Source: Persephonella marina EX-H1
Lineage (GTDB): Bacteria; Aquificota; Aquificia; Aquificales; Hydrogenothermaceae
Direction: 5' to 3'
Assembly: GCF_000021565.1 (NCBI RefSeq)
Contig: NC_012440.1
Location: 696,210-760,209 of the forward strand
DNA length: 64,000 nt
Shown here: one piece after another, positions 1-9,150 of the stretch
How the letters are laid out: every line of letters begins with the position of its first letter
How positions within the stretch are numbered: the stretch's first letter is position 1
Program-made: the position numbers and the translations under genes
The notes under the pieces: model-generated
What the model saw: only the letters and a program-made list of their open reading frames with translations
Database searches by the model: none
Told to the model about the DNA's origin: nothing

Positions 1-1478
1 ATTGTAGATGCAACAACGTCCATTCCAACGCCTCTTCCTGAAACCTCACTCACCTGGTCTGCTGTGGAAAATCCAGGCATAAACAGAAGCTCAAAAGCCT
101 CTTTATCAGACATATTCTGTGCCTGTTCAGGTGTTATAAGACCTTTTTCAACAGCTTTATTTTTGACTTTTTCAACATCTATTCCTCTTCCATCATCTTC
201 TATAGAAATTATTATTCTGTCTCCTTCCTGGTAAGCTGAAAGTTTTATAATTCCTGTTTCAGGTTTTCCTGCCTTTAACCTTTCTTCAACAGGTTCTATA
301 CCATGATCTATAGCGTTTCTTACAAGATGTATTAATGGATCTTCAAGTTTATCAAGTATGGATCTGTCTATCTCTGTATCTTCTCCTTCCAGTATAAGAT
401 TTACCTTTCTGTTAAGTTTTTTCGCCAGATCCCTTACTATCCTTGGGAACTTGCTGAATATCTTTCTTACAGGCTGCATTCTCAGTTTCATTACAGCATC
501 CTGAAGGTCACTTACAGTTCTGCTCATTCCCGTTATTGAATCCAGCAGTTCCTCAATCAGATCTGTACTCTCACAGGAAGTTTCAAGATTTGAGGCCAGC
601 TTTACTATTCTGTTCCTGTCTAAAACAAGCTCCCCTACAAGGTTCATTAATGTCTCAACCCTTTCAACATCAACCCTTATAACCTCTTCCTTCTTTTCAG
701 ATTTTTTCTTTGTTTTTGTTACCTGTTTTGTTTCCTCTTTTGGTTGTGGTTTTTCATCTGTTTTTACAGGGGCATCCTCTTTTTCTTTAACCTCTTCCTG
801 TTTTTCCCCCTCAGGTCTGGATTCCTCCCTGGGTTTTATCAGATCTTTTACATCCTTTCCCTCAGTAATAAGTTTTTCAAGTTTTTCAATAACCTCAAGT
901 GAAGGTCTTTCGTCTGGTGGAAGTAGGATCAGTTCTTCCAGTATCTCCCCAAGATCCTTCCCTTTGTACTTTAATATCAGTTCCTTTATGTCAGGATCAA
1001 CATCAGGTACAAACTCAAAATCTTCATCGTTATCAGATTTTTCATCTGCTACATGCTGTATCTCAGGTATTATCTCACCTTCTAATATAGTGTCAAGTTT
1101 ATCGAGAAGTGGTTTTACTTCTTCTTCATCTGGTATCTCACTGTTTTCTTTAAGCATCTCAATGGATTCTTTAAGTTTATCGACACCTTCAAATATAACA
1201 TCCATCATATCAGATGTAAGTTTTAACTCATCGTTCCTTAACTTGTTAAATATGTCTTCTATCTTATGTGCGATCTCTACGATAGAATTAAGGCCTAAAA
1301 ATCCTGCACCACCTTTTAATGTATGCATACTGCGGAATATTCTGTTTAACAGATCCTTATCTTCTGGTGATGTCTCAAGCTCTATAAGATCCTGATCAAG
1401 ATTTGACAGTATTTCATCTGCTTCTATAAGAAACTCTTCAAGGATCTCTTTCATATCATCAGTGAATTCGAGTTTCAT
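1..1478 (-). CDS. cheA: Chemotaxis histidine kinase CheA, N-terminal part (the gene runs past the window start)
   Basis: Minus-strand ORF with ATG at 1476-1478 and a GAGGT RBS. The N-terminus carries the Hpt phospho-acceptor motif (SMHTLKGGAGFLG). It lies downstream of cheR-cheB in the same operon. Confidence 0.85.
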   Translation of the reverse strand, partial: MKLEFTDDMKEILEEFLIEADEILSNLDQDLIELETSPEDKDLLNRIFRSMHTLKGGAGFLGLNSIVEIAHKIEDIFNKLRNDELKLTSDMMDVIFEGVDKLKESIEMLKENSEIPDEEEVKPLLDKLDTILEGEIIPEIQHVADEKSDNDEDFEFVPDVDPDIKELILKYKGKDLGEILEELILLPPDERPSLEVIEKLEKLITEGKDVKDLIKPREESRPEGEKQEEVKEKEDAPVKTDEKPQPKEETKQVTKTKKKSEKKEEVIRVDVERVETLMNLVGELVLDRNRIVKLASNLETSCESTDLIEELLDSITGMSRTVSDLQDAVMKLRMQPVRKIFSKFPRIVRDLAKKLNRKVNLILEGEDTEIDRSILDKLEDPLIHLVRNAIDHGIEPVEERLKAGKPETGIIKLSAYQEGDRIIISIEDDGRGIDVEKVKNKAVEKGLITPEQAQNMSDKEAFELLFMPGFSTADQVSEVSGRGVGMDVVAST

Positions 1479-1499
1479 TTTTATTACCTCAAAATTTTT

Positions 1500-2024
1500 T
1501 TAAAGTCCGAACTGTTTTAATATGTCGTCCACATCTTCCTGTGAAACGTCTCTCTTCCATTCAAGCTCTTCAAGTTTCTCTTTAAGTTCTTCCTTTTTCT
1601 TTTCGGAAGTTTCTCTCCCAATTCCAAACAGAATAAGTATTTTCAGTATCTCTTTTTCCACATCTGATATGAAGTTTGATATCTTTTGAAGTCTCTGTGA
1701 TATGATGTCCTGAAACTCCAGTAATGTTAATGTTTCTGTCAGCTTACCTACTGCTTTTTTCAGGTTTTCTTCCAGAGATTCCTTGATCTCTGTATTGTCT
1801 ATCTTTAGAACGGTCTGTAAACTGTTGTTAATCAAAGATGTTATCTCCATTATATTGTCCAGTATTTTCTGAGTAGCCTCTTCACTTTCCTGTATTGCAA
1901 GCTCTATATGTTCATTCACACTTCTAAATCCTTCTTTTTTACTTCCAAGGCTTTCTATATCCTTTTTGTATTGTTCTATTAAAGACAGTACCCTTTTCAG
2001 CTCATCAAATAGATTTTCGTTCAT
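1500..2024 (-). CDS. CheZ-like CheY-P phosphatase (hypothetical, coiled-coil)
   Basis: 174 aa between cheB and cheA. It contains EFQDIISQ, which matches the CheZ catalytic D-x3-Q motif (E. coli DFQDLTGQ). The rest is Lys/Glu-rich coiled coil. Confidence 0.5.
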   Translation of the reverse strand: MNENLFDELKRVLSLIEQYKKDIESLGSKKEGFRSVNEHIELAIQESEEATQKILDNIMEITSLINNSLQTVLKIDNTEIKESLEENLKKAVGKLTETLTLLEFQDIISQRLQKISNFISDVEKEILKILILFGIGRETSEKKKEELKEKLEELEWKRDVSQEDVDDILKQFGL

Positions 2025-3036
2025 ATCTTACCTCCTGAATATTATTTAGAAATTCGGTAATCTGTTCCGGATCTAGAATAAGATCGACCTTACCTGTTTT
2101 TATAGCGTTTTCGGGCATTGATGGAAGAACGCAGCTTTCCGGATTCTGGGCTATATTTAACCCACCGTATTTTTTTATTTCTTTTACACCTTCACTACCG
2201 TCATTTCCCATACCTGATAGGATAATCCCCACACTATTTTTTTTCGTAGTATGTGCTATGGAGCTTAAGAGTAGGTCTATGGATGGTACAAATCTGCTTT
2301 TTTTATTAATCGTTTTAAACATTCTCTTTCCGTTGAAATTTTCAATGATCATATTTTTTCCGCCTTTTACTATATACGCAACACTGTCTTTTAGTATCTC
2401 TCCATTTTCTGCTTCTTTAACCGTTATTCTGGAGCTCTGGTTTAATCTTTTTGCAAAAGTCTGGGTAAACCCTTCAGGCATATGGATAGCTACGACAACA
2501 TGAGCTTTAAGATTTTCTTTGATACCAGAAAGTATTTCAGACACGACCTGAGGACCACCTGTTGAAGCCCCGATTCCGATAAGAGGAGTATCATCAAATT
2601 CTGGATTTATCTCAGTTTTCTGTCTGTGGAATGATGGCTTTACCTTTGATTGTGATAGAGATCTGATCTTATTTATAAGATCTTCTTTAAGTTTAAAAAG
2701 ATCCATGAATGATGAAGGTTTTGTTATAAAATCGTCAGCCCCTTTTTTTAAAGCTTCAAATGTGATTTCTGCACCTTCCTCTGTTAAGGAGCTCAGTATG
2801 ATTATCTTTGTTGAAGGTGAGACCTTTTTTATCTTCTCAAGGGCCTCAAGTCCATTCATAACGGGCATCTCAATATCAAGTGTGACCACATCGGGCCTTA
2901 GTTTTTCAACAAGTTCAACAGCTTCAAGACCGTTTGTGGCGATTCCTGAGATATTTATATCTTTTGCATCACCAAGTATCTTTTTTAAAGCTGCTCTTAC
3001 TGTTGAGGAGTCATCAACTATAACTGTATTGATCAA
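2005..3036 (-). CDS. cheB: Chemotaxis response regulator protein-glutamate methylesterase CheB
   Basis: N-terminal receiver domain (IVDDS...LDIEMPVMNGLEAL) plus C-terminal methylesterase with the GASTGGP active-site motif. Confidence 0.9.
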   Translation of the reverse strand: MINTVIVDDSSTVRAALKKILGDAKDINISGIATNGLEAVELVEKLRPDVVTLDIEMPVMNGLEALEKIKKVSPSTKIIILSSLTEEGAEITFEALKKGADDFITKPSSFMDLFKLKEDLINKIRSLSQSKVKPSFHRQKTEINPEFDDTPLIGIGASTGGPQVVSEILSGIKENLKAHVVVAIHMPEGFTQTFAKRLNQSSRITVKEAENGEILKDSVAYIVKGGKNMIIENFNGKRMFKTINKKSRFVPSIDLLLSSIAHTTKKNSVGIILSGMGNDGSEGVKEIKKYGGLNIAQNPESCVLPSMPENAIKTGKVDLILDPEQITEFLNNIQEVRYERKSI

Positions 3037-3812
3037 TTTACTCTCCTGTAAAATGTGTATTTACCTTTCTTTTCCGGAATGAAAAGATCAGAAAACTCCC
3101 TGTCTATCTTTTCAGTAGGTGCAAGGACCAATATACCTGATTTTGTCAAAGATGAATGAAAATTTTTTAACGCTTTTCTCAGCTTCTCTTTTGTGAAGTA
3201 TATTATTACATTCCTGCAGAATATAGCTGAATAGTTTCTGAAGAAGAAGTAGTCTTCACTGACAATATTCCCCTGTTTGAATTCGGTTATATTTTTAACG
3301 TCCTCTTTTATATACAGCTTACCATCCTTCAAAGTGACAAACTTCCTGTAAGGAACCGGAATCTGATTGATCTTTTCAGCTTCGTATATACCTTCCCTTG
3401 CTACAGAGAGAACAGAACTGCTCAGATCAACGCCTGTTACCCTTTTGTTTTTTTCATCAGGTTTCAGATCAAGTATCATCATAGCGATAGAATAAACCTC
3501 TTTACCTGTTGAACATCCGGCGCTCATTATTTTGTAGAAAGGTTTATTTATTAGTTCTTTAAGATATAGATCTTTGAACTCAAACATCTGTTCTTTATGT
3601 CTAAAAAAAGATGTCTCATTTACAAGTATACTGTCTATAAAGAGATCAAAAAGCTCATTATTGCGGAATACCTCGTCAATTGAAACACCGTACTTTCTGA
3701 TAAAGCTTCTTACTTTGACCTCAAGGAGTTTAAGTCTGTCTTCATCATAAAGGTTACCTGTAAATTGGTGAATCTTTTCCCTTAACTTCTCTAAATTCAA
3801 ATTATTCCTCAA
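3033..3812 (-). CDS. cheR: Chemotaxis protein methyltransferase CheR
   Basis: CheR N-terminal ETSFFRH motif and the SAM-binding SAGCSTGKEVYSIAMM motif. It overlaps cheB by 4 nt, consistent with translational coupling. Confidence 0.9.
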   Translation of the reverse strand: MRNNLNLEKLREKIHQFTGNLYDEDRLKLLEVKVRSFIRKYGVSIDEVFRNNELFDLFIDSILVNETSFFRHKEQMFEFKDLYLKELINKPFYKIMSAGCSTGKEVYSIAMMILDLKPDEKNKRVTGVDLSSSVLSVAREGIYEAEKINQIPVPYRKFVTLKDGKLYIKEDVKNITEFKQGNIVSEDYFFFRNYSAIFCRNVIIYFTKEKLRKALKNFHSSLTKSGILVLAPTEKIDREFSDLFIPEKKGKYTFYRRVN

Positions 3813-3863
3813 CCGAAAATAGTATTATAATTAAATCCGCTTATAAATAAATATCGGTGAAAA

Positions 3864-4217
3864 ATGGAAAATGTTAATAACCTGCTGGACAAACTAATAG
3901 GAAAACTAAAAGAAGAGAAGGATTTACTGATTAAAAGTATACAGGACGCCAGGTATGTTGAAGAGCTTGTTAAGGTGATTGAAGAAAAAAGGGATATACT
4001 TTCACAGTTATCAAAGTATAACAGGGAGGATTTTAAAGGTTTTGAGGATAAATTAAGAGAGATAGAAACACTCGGAAGATCAAATCTCACTCTTGCAGCA
4101 AATAACGCCCAGTTTATAGATGAGATATTTTCAGTACTTTTTGAGGAACCCCAGAAGTACGATCAGTCTGGTAATATATCACAGGAGCAGAAAGGTCTTT
4201 TCAACAAAAAGATATAA
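3864..4217 (+). CDS. Hypothetical coiled-coil protein (possibly FlgN-like chaperone)
   Basis: 117 aa ORF divergent from the che operon and predicted alpha-helical. No diagnostic motif found. Confidence 0.4.
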   Translation: MENVNNLLDKLIGKLKEEKDLLIKSIQDARYVEELVKVIEEKRDILSQLSKYNREDFKGFEDKLREIETLGRSNLTLAANNAQFIDEIFSVLFEEPQKYDQSGNISQEQKGLFNKKI

Positions 4218-4237
4218 AGGGGATACCTCCCCTTTAT
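4216..4237. terminator. Hairpin between convergent genes (AAAGGGGA-tacc-TCCCCTTT)
   Basis: Perfect 8-bp inverted repeat with an A-run on one side and a T-run on the other, placed exactly between two convergent stop codons. Confidence 0.4.
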
Positions 4238-5571
4238 ACACCAAGGATATAGTATTTAAGCCACAGCAGTCCCAGTGCAACTATGACTGTGATTACGGTT
4301 ACCGGTGTTCCTGCTTTAACAAAGTCGAAGAACTTTATGGGATAGCCTTCCCTTTCTGCAAGACCGGCAGCCACAACGTTAGCTGAAGCTCCGATTATAG
4401 TCAGGTTTCCTCCAAGGCATGCACCTAGTGCTAATGCCCACCATAATGGTTCAACATCAAATGCTGCTGTTTTCGCAAAATCTAAAAGAACATAAGACAT
4501 AGCCATGGTGAAAGGTATGTTATCAACAATTCCTGATATGATAGCTGCAAAGGGTCCAAGGATGAGAATACCAAGTATGGGATCTTTTATAATACCTGCT
4601 ATCATATGGGCTACATCCTCAAAAACACCAGAATGTTCAAGACCACCTATAACAATGAATAATCCCAGGAAAAACATAAGTGTTGTCCACTCAACCCTTT
4701 CAAGTATTCTTTCAGGATTCTCCTTTGCCCACAGCATCAGAACCGAGGCCATAAAGAGGGCTATAGTACCGGCTTCTAAATGAAGAATATGATGGAGGAA
4801 AAACAGGATTATCGTTATACCAAAAATGATAAGACCTTTTCTCATAAGAACAATATCAAATTCTACCCTCTGGGCTTCGACTATCTTTTTCAGCTCTTCC
4901 TCATCTTTTATCTTTGGTTCCAGATCTCCTTTTATTTTCATCATAAACGTGAATACAGCGGTACCTATTATCAGTGTAACAACTATTATTGGTGCAAGGT
5001 TAACGATGAAATCCATAAATGTAAATCCACCTATTGATCCTATAATAATGTTTGGAGGATCACCTATCAGGGTTGCCGTCCCGCCAATATTTGATGCTAA
5101 TACGACAGCTATTATATATGGAACCGGTTTTAACTTTAGTCTTGCTGTCATCGTAATAAGTATTGGAACCATAAATAAAACTGTTGTAACGTTGTCCAGA
5201 AAAGCTGACAGGACAGCTGTCAGTGTTGTAAATGTCAACAGTATTTTAAGTGGGTCTCCTTTCGTAAGCTTTAAAGCTGTAGCTGAAAGTATCGAAAAGA
5301 AGCCTGATTCTATAAGGACAGATACGATTATCATCATCCCTATTAGAAGGAACATTGTATTGTGATCTATCGATTCCCACGCAGCCTCAGGGGTTACAAC
5401 TCCTAAAAAAACCGCCAGAAGACCACCAAACAGAGCAGCGGGAACTCTGTGGAAAAACTTCTCAAGGATTATCATAGTGTAAGTTCCAACAAAAAGAACT
5501 ATTGATACCCAGTAGATTATCTCTTTACTTCCAAGGCCCAGCATACTTAAAATTGAATGATGTTCCACCAT
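4234..5571 (-). CDS. ArsB/NhaD-superfamily anion/cation permease
   Basis: 445 aa, polytopic and highly hydrophobic, with internal duplication typical of ion-transporter-superfamily permeases (arsenite/citrate/Na+-H+ antiporter-like). Confidence 0.65.
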   Translation of the reverse strand: MVEHHSILSMLGLGSKEIIYWVSIVLFVGTYTMIILEKFFHRVPAALFGGLLAVFLGVVTPEAAWESIDHNTMFLLIGMMIIVSVLIESGFFSILSATALKLTKGDPLKILLTFTTLTAVLSAFLDNVTTVLFMVPILITMTARLKLKPVPYIIAVVLASNIGGTATLIGDPPNIIIGSIGGFTFMDFIVNLAPIIVVTLIIGTAVFTFMMKIKGDLEPKIKDEEELKKIVEAQRVEFDIVLMRKGLIIFGITIILFFLHHILHLEAGTIALFMASVLMLWAKENPERILERVEWTTLMFFLGLFIVIGGLEHSGVFEDVAHMIAGIIKDPILGILILGPFAAIISGIVDNIPFTMAMSYVLLDFAKTAAFDVEPLWWALALGACLGGNLTIIGASANVVAAGLAEREGYPIKFFDFVKAGTPVTVITVIVALGLLWLKYYILGV

Positions 5572-5581
5572 CCTACTCCTT

Positions 5582-6361
5582 TCATTTTGTCTGATCTAAA
5601 AATATTCCTATTGATGTTTCAGAGTTTTCAATAAATGAGTTTATATCCTCAACACCTCTGTTGAATATCAGGAGATCATAGTTGTTTTTTCTTGCATAGT
5701 ATGGGATTTCCTTTTTAGGATCTCCTTTTATAACGAGAAGTTCCGTTTTCTCTTCACCTACAGCTTTAGCTATCAGTGATCTGACAGTATCAACATGCTC
5801 CCTGAACATCTCAGCTATTATCTGCTTTGCTTCACCTTCAGTGTGGGTCTTTACAAGTCTTTTTTCATAGAAGTCCTCGTAAAATGAATATATGAATTTA
5901 TAATTCTCTAATACTCTGTCTGCGAAATATTTTGAGCTCTTTATGAAATCAACGGTTGAATGGTCTTTACTTACATATATCAGACCATTTTTTAAAGTAT
6001 CTGTATCTTCCTGTAAAGCCAGTATGTTTGTACTTTCAAACTCCTCCAGTATTTTTTCGCAGTATGTATGGTGGAATATATGTTCTAAAGGATCTATCTT
6101 TTCTTTTGTTAAAACAAGCAGGTCAGGTGAGTAGCTTTTTACAAACTCTATTCCTTCATCAAGACTTGATTTGACCTCTATCTTATAATTGATCCCTTCA
6201 TTTATGAGATCCCTTTCTATACTGTCTTTTGGGATATTATCAAGGTCAGAAACCAGTATTACTACTTCTTCGTCAAGTTTCTTTGCCAGATCTTTTAAAA
6301 TTGAAAAGTTATTCATATTGAACTTTTTATATTGAAAATAGACGATCCGCTTAAATAGCAT
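5582..6361 (-). CDS. Tandem universal-stress-protein (UspA) domain protein
   Basis: The C-terminal half has a Usp-like motif (LLVIKGDPKKEIPYYARKNNYDLLIFNRG). It sits directly upstream of the permease on the same strand. Confidence 0.5.
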   Translation of the reverse strand: MLFKRIVYFQYKKFNMNNFSILKDLAKKLDEEVVILVSDLDNIPKDSIERDLINEGINYKIEVKSSLDEGIEFVKSYSPDLLVLTKEKIDPLEHIFHHTYCEKILEEFESTNILALQEDTDTLKNGLIYVSKDHSTVDFIKSSKYFADRVLENYKFIYSFYEDFYEKRLVKTHTEGEAKQIIAEMFREHVDTVRSLIAKAVGEEKTELLVIKGDPKKEIPYYARKNNYDLLIFNRGVEDINSFIENSETSIGIFLDQTK

Positions 6362-6436
6362 AACTTGCTCCTTTTATTTTTATCTGTTATTTAATAGGGT
6401 TATCGGAGAATAAAAGAGGAAACTTTAAGGGAAAGA

Positions 6437-6454
6437 TGCCGCTTATAAGCGGCA
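6437..6454 (-). terminator. Hairpin TGCCGC-ttataa-GCGGCA downstream of htpX
   Basis: 6-bp GC-rich stem. On the minus strand it is followed by a pyrimidine/T-rich tract. Confidence 0.35.
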
Positions 6455-6461
6455 CTGTATA

Positions 6462-7328
6462 TTAGACACTCCCCATTCTTCTTGCCATCTCATAGAGTCT
6501 TCTAATTCTTTCCTCTGTAGGTGGATGTGTTGAGAATAGTGAGGCTATAGAACTTCCTTTTAAAGGATTAACTATCATCATATGTGCAGTTCCGGGATTA
6601 ACCTCCCTTGCTGCTACAGGTGCAAGTTGATGAGCGGCCATCTCTAACTTTTCCAGAGCTTTTGCAAGTGATAGAGGACATCTGCATATCTCAGCACCTG
6701 TAGCGTCAGCAGCGTACTCCCTTGATCTTGATATTGCCATCTGTATTATCATCGCTGCTATAGGTGCAAGAATAAATAACAGCAGTGAGCCGATAAGTCC
6801 TCCTATACCGTTGTCCTCATCATTTCCTCCAAAAATATTTGACCAGAAGGCCATCTCAGCAAGCATTGAGATAGCGCCACCAATAGTTGCTGCAATTGAT
6901 GAGATAAGTATATCCCTGTTTTTTATATGGGCTATCTCATGTGCAAGAACCCCTCTTAACTCTTCAGGAGAGAGGATATTCAGTATTCCTGATGTAACAG
7001 CCACAACAGCATTTTTAGGGTTTCTACCTGTTGCAAATGCATTTGGTATTTCCGTTGGGGCAAGGTATATTCTTGGTTTTGGAATACCTGCATTCCTTGC
7101 AAGTTCAGCCACCATATCGTGTAGCCATGGGGCTTCTTCATAAGGAATCTCCTGAGCCCTGTACATTTTTAATGCCATTTTATCTGAGAACCAGTATGCA
7201 AAGAAGTTCATAGCCATTGCAAAGAAGAAGGCTATTATCATACCGGTCTGACCACCTATTATCTTCCCTGCAAGTAAAAACAGTCCAGTTAAAACACCAA
7301 GTAGCAGGACTGTTTTGATAGTATGCAT
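6462..7328 (-). CDS. htpX: Zinc metalloprotease HtpX (M48 family)
   Basis: [10 protein letters not shown] HExxH zinc motif, N-terminal TM helices, and overall HtpX architecture and length. Confidence 0.9.
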   Translation of the reverse strand: MHTIKTVLLLGVLTGLFLLAGKIIGGQTGMIIAFFFAMAMNFFAYWFSDKMALKMYRAQEIPYEEAPWLHDMVAELARNAGIPKPRIYLAPTEIPNAFATGRNPKNAVVAVTSGILNILSPEELRGVLAHEIAHIKNRDILISSIAATIGGAISMLAEMAFWSNIFGGNDEDNGIGGLIGSLLLFILAPIAAMIIQMAISRSREYAADATGAEICRCPLSLAKALEKLEMAAHQLAPVAAREVNPGTAHMMIVNPLKGSSIASLFSTHPPTEERIRRLYEMARRMGSV

Positions 7329-7430
7329 CTTTTAGCTACCTCCTTGGTTTTTCTTTTTTATAGTATTCTAAAAGTGTGAAATTTCAGTGAAGAATATCAT
7401 ATAATAAAAGTTATTCATAAATAATGATTT

Positions 7431-9128
7431 TTGGGAGGGATGATGGGCGACAAAACAGCAGAAGTAGAAAAGTTAAGGTCAGAAATAGAAAGATTAAAGA
7501 AGCAGATAGAGGAGAAAAATAGATATAAAACTATTGTTGAAAATGCAGGGGAGGCTATAGTTATACTTCAGGGCGGGTATATGAAATATCTGAACCCGAA
7601 AGCGGCCTCTCTTGTGGGAATACCTAGGGAAAAACTGCTGAACTCAACATTTGAACAGTTCATACATCCTGAAGACAAACAGATGGTCCTTAATAACTAT
7701 ATAAACAGACTTCAGGGGAAGCCAGCACCTGAAAGCTATACTTTCAGAATCAGGGATATAAACTTACAGACAAAATGGCTCCAGATAAGACCTGTTAAGA
7801 TAACCTATGAGGGCAAACCTGCTATACTCAATTTCTTCATTGATATAACAAAGCAGAAAGAGTTAGAAAAGATACTTGAAAAAACTAACTCTATACTGAG
7901 ATGGACTATAGAATCCCTTTCAGACGGTATTGTTGTTGTTGATCTTAATTTCAACATAATTCTTTACAACCAGAACTTCCTGAATATATGGGGAGTTAAG
8001 GATGAGGATCTGGAAGATACAACGAGATTTTTATACATCGCTTCAAAAAAAGTGGTATATGAGAAGATGTTTTTAAAAAGGATCGATGAGCTCAGAAAGG
8101 ATATTTATGCATCCGGTAAAGGCAGATTAACACTTCTCAATGGAAGGATATACGAATGGTATTCAATCCCTTTTAAGGTTCAGAACAGGGTTTCTGGAAG
8201 GATATGGCATCTAAAGGATATAACAGAAAAGATACAGGCTGAAGCAGCTTTAAGGGAAAGGGAAAAGAACTACAGGGAGCTTGTTGAGAACGTGAACAGT
8301 ATAGTTCTAAGATGGAAGCCTGATGGAACCATAACATTCATAAACAGGTTTGGTGAAAAGTTCTTCGGTTATAAAAGAAAGGAGCTTATAGGAAAGAATG
8401 TCTGCGATACTATTGTACCGCAGTGTGATTCTGAAGGTAACAACCTTCACCAGATGATAGAGGATATAACCAGAAATCCAAACAGGTATGTTAACAATGA
8501 GAACGAAAATATGACAAAAGATGGAAAAAGGGTTTGGATACTATGGAAGAACAGACCAGTATACGACTCAGATAATAATCTTATAGAGATATTTTCCATA
8601 GGACACGATATCACAGAGAAAAAGATACTGGAGAAAAAGCTTGAGAAACTCGCAACAACAGATGGTCTTACAGGTATTTATAACAGGGTAAAATTTGAGG
8701 AGATACTCGAGGAAAAACTGAGAGATTTCTCTTTAAACGGATCAAAATTCTGTCTTTTCCTTTTTGATATAGACAACTTTAAGAAGATAAACGACAGCTA
8801 TGGCCATCATAGGGGAGACCATGTTTTAAAAGAGGTGGTAAACGTTGTTAGAAGAAGTTTGAGAAATGACAGTCTTTTTGCAAGGTGGGGTGGTGAGGAG
8901 TTTATAATTCTTTTCCCTAATACTGATCTGAAAAGCTGTTTTCACGTTGTTGATGGTATCAGGAAGATGATATCCAGACATGTGTTTGATGTTGTCGGAA
9001 GAATAACGATAAGCGGCGGTATTACAGAGGTTTTAGAAGGTGATGATTCAGTTTCTATAGTGAGAAGGGCTGATAATCTGCTTTATAAGGCAAAAGGTAG
9101 TGGAAAGAATATTGTTATGGCAGGGTAG
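7431..9128 (+). CDS. Multi-PAS diguanylate cyclase (GGDEF)
   Basis: Three PAS-like repeats followed by a GGDEF domain with an intact RWGGEEF active site and an RxxD-like I-site. No EAL domain. Confidence 0.85.
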   Translation: MGGMMGDKTAEVEKLRSEIERLKKQIEEKNRYKTIVENAGEAIVILQGGYMKYLNPKAASLVGIPREKLLNSTFEQFIHPEDKQMVLNNYINRLQGKPAPESYTFRIRDINLQTKWLQIRPVKITYEGKPAILNFFIDITKQKELEKILEKTNSILRWTIESLSDGIVVVDLNFNIILYNQNFLNIWGVKDEDLEDTTRFLYIASKKVVYEKMFLKRIDELRKDIYASGKGRLTLLNGRIYEWYSIPFKVQNRVSGRIWHLKDITEKIQAEAALREREKNYRELVENVNSIVLRWKPDGTITFINRFGEKFFGYKRKELIGKNVCDTIVPQCDSEGNNLHQMIEDITRNPNRYVNNENENMTKDGKRVWILWKNRPVYDSDNNLIEIFSIGHDITEKKILEKKLEKLATTDGLTGIYNRVKFEEILEEKLRDFSLNGSKFCLFLFDIDNFKKINDSYGHHRGDHVLKEVVNVVRRSLRNDSLFARWGGEEFIILFPNTDLKSCFHVVDGIRKMISRHVFDVVGRITISGGITEVLEGDDSVSIVRRADNLLYKAKGSGKNIVMAG

Positions 9129-9150
9129 CCACAGGGCTACCCTCATTTTT
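9123..9150 (+). terminator. Rho-independent terminator GGGTAGCC-acag-GGCTACCC + TCATTTTT
   Basis: 8-bp GC-rich stem and a T-run, overlapping the stop codon of the GGDEF gene. Confidence 0.6.

Noticed and set aside
964-1395. Plus-strand ORFs from the track that lie inside real genes on the opposite strand. Examples are 964..1395, 2258..2503, 2705..3082, 4505..5365, 6811..7143, 9642..9944, 11608..11928, 12475..12964, 13232..13748, 18236..18454, 25167..26392, 30314..30949, 33296..33799, 37486..38082, 39603..40010, 44254..44601, 46921..47451, 50026..51087, 55027..55325, 56863..57099, 59393..59818 and 62968..63240.
   Set aside because: They are low-complexity, Ser/Leu/Phe-rich shadow frames of AT-rich genes. 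They have no RBS and no motifs, and they fully overlap confidently identified CDSs.
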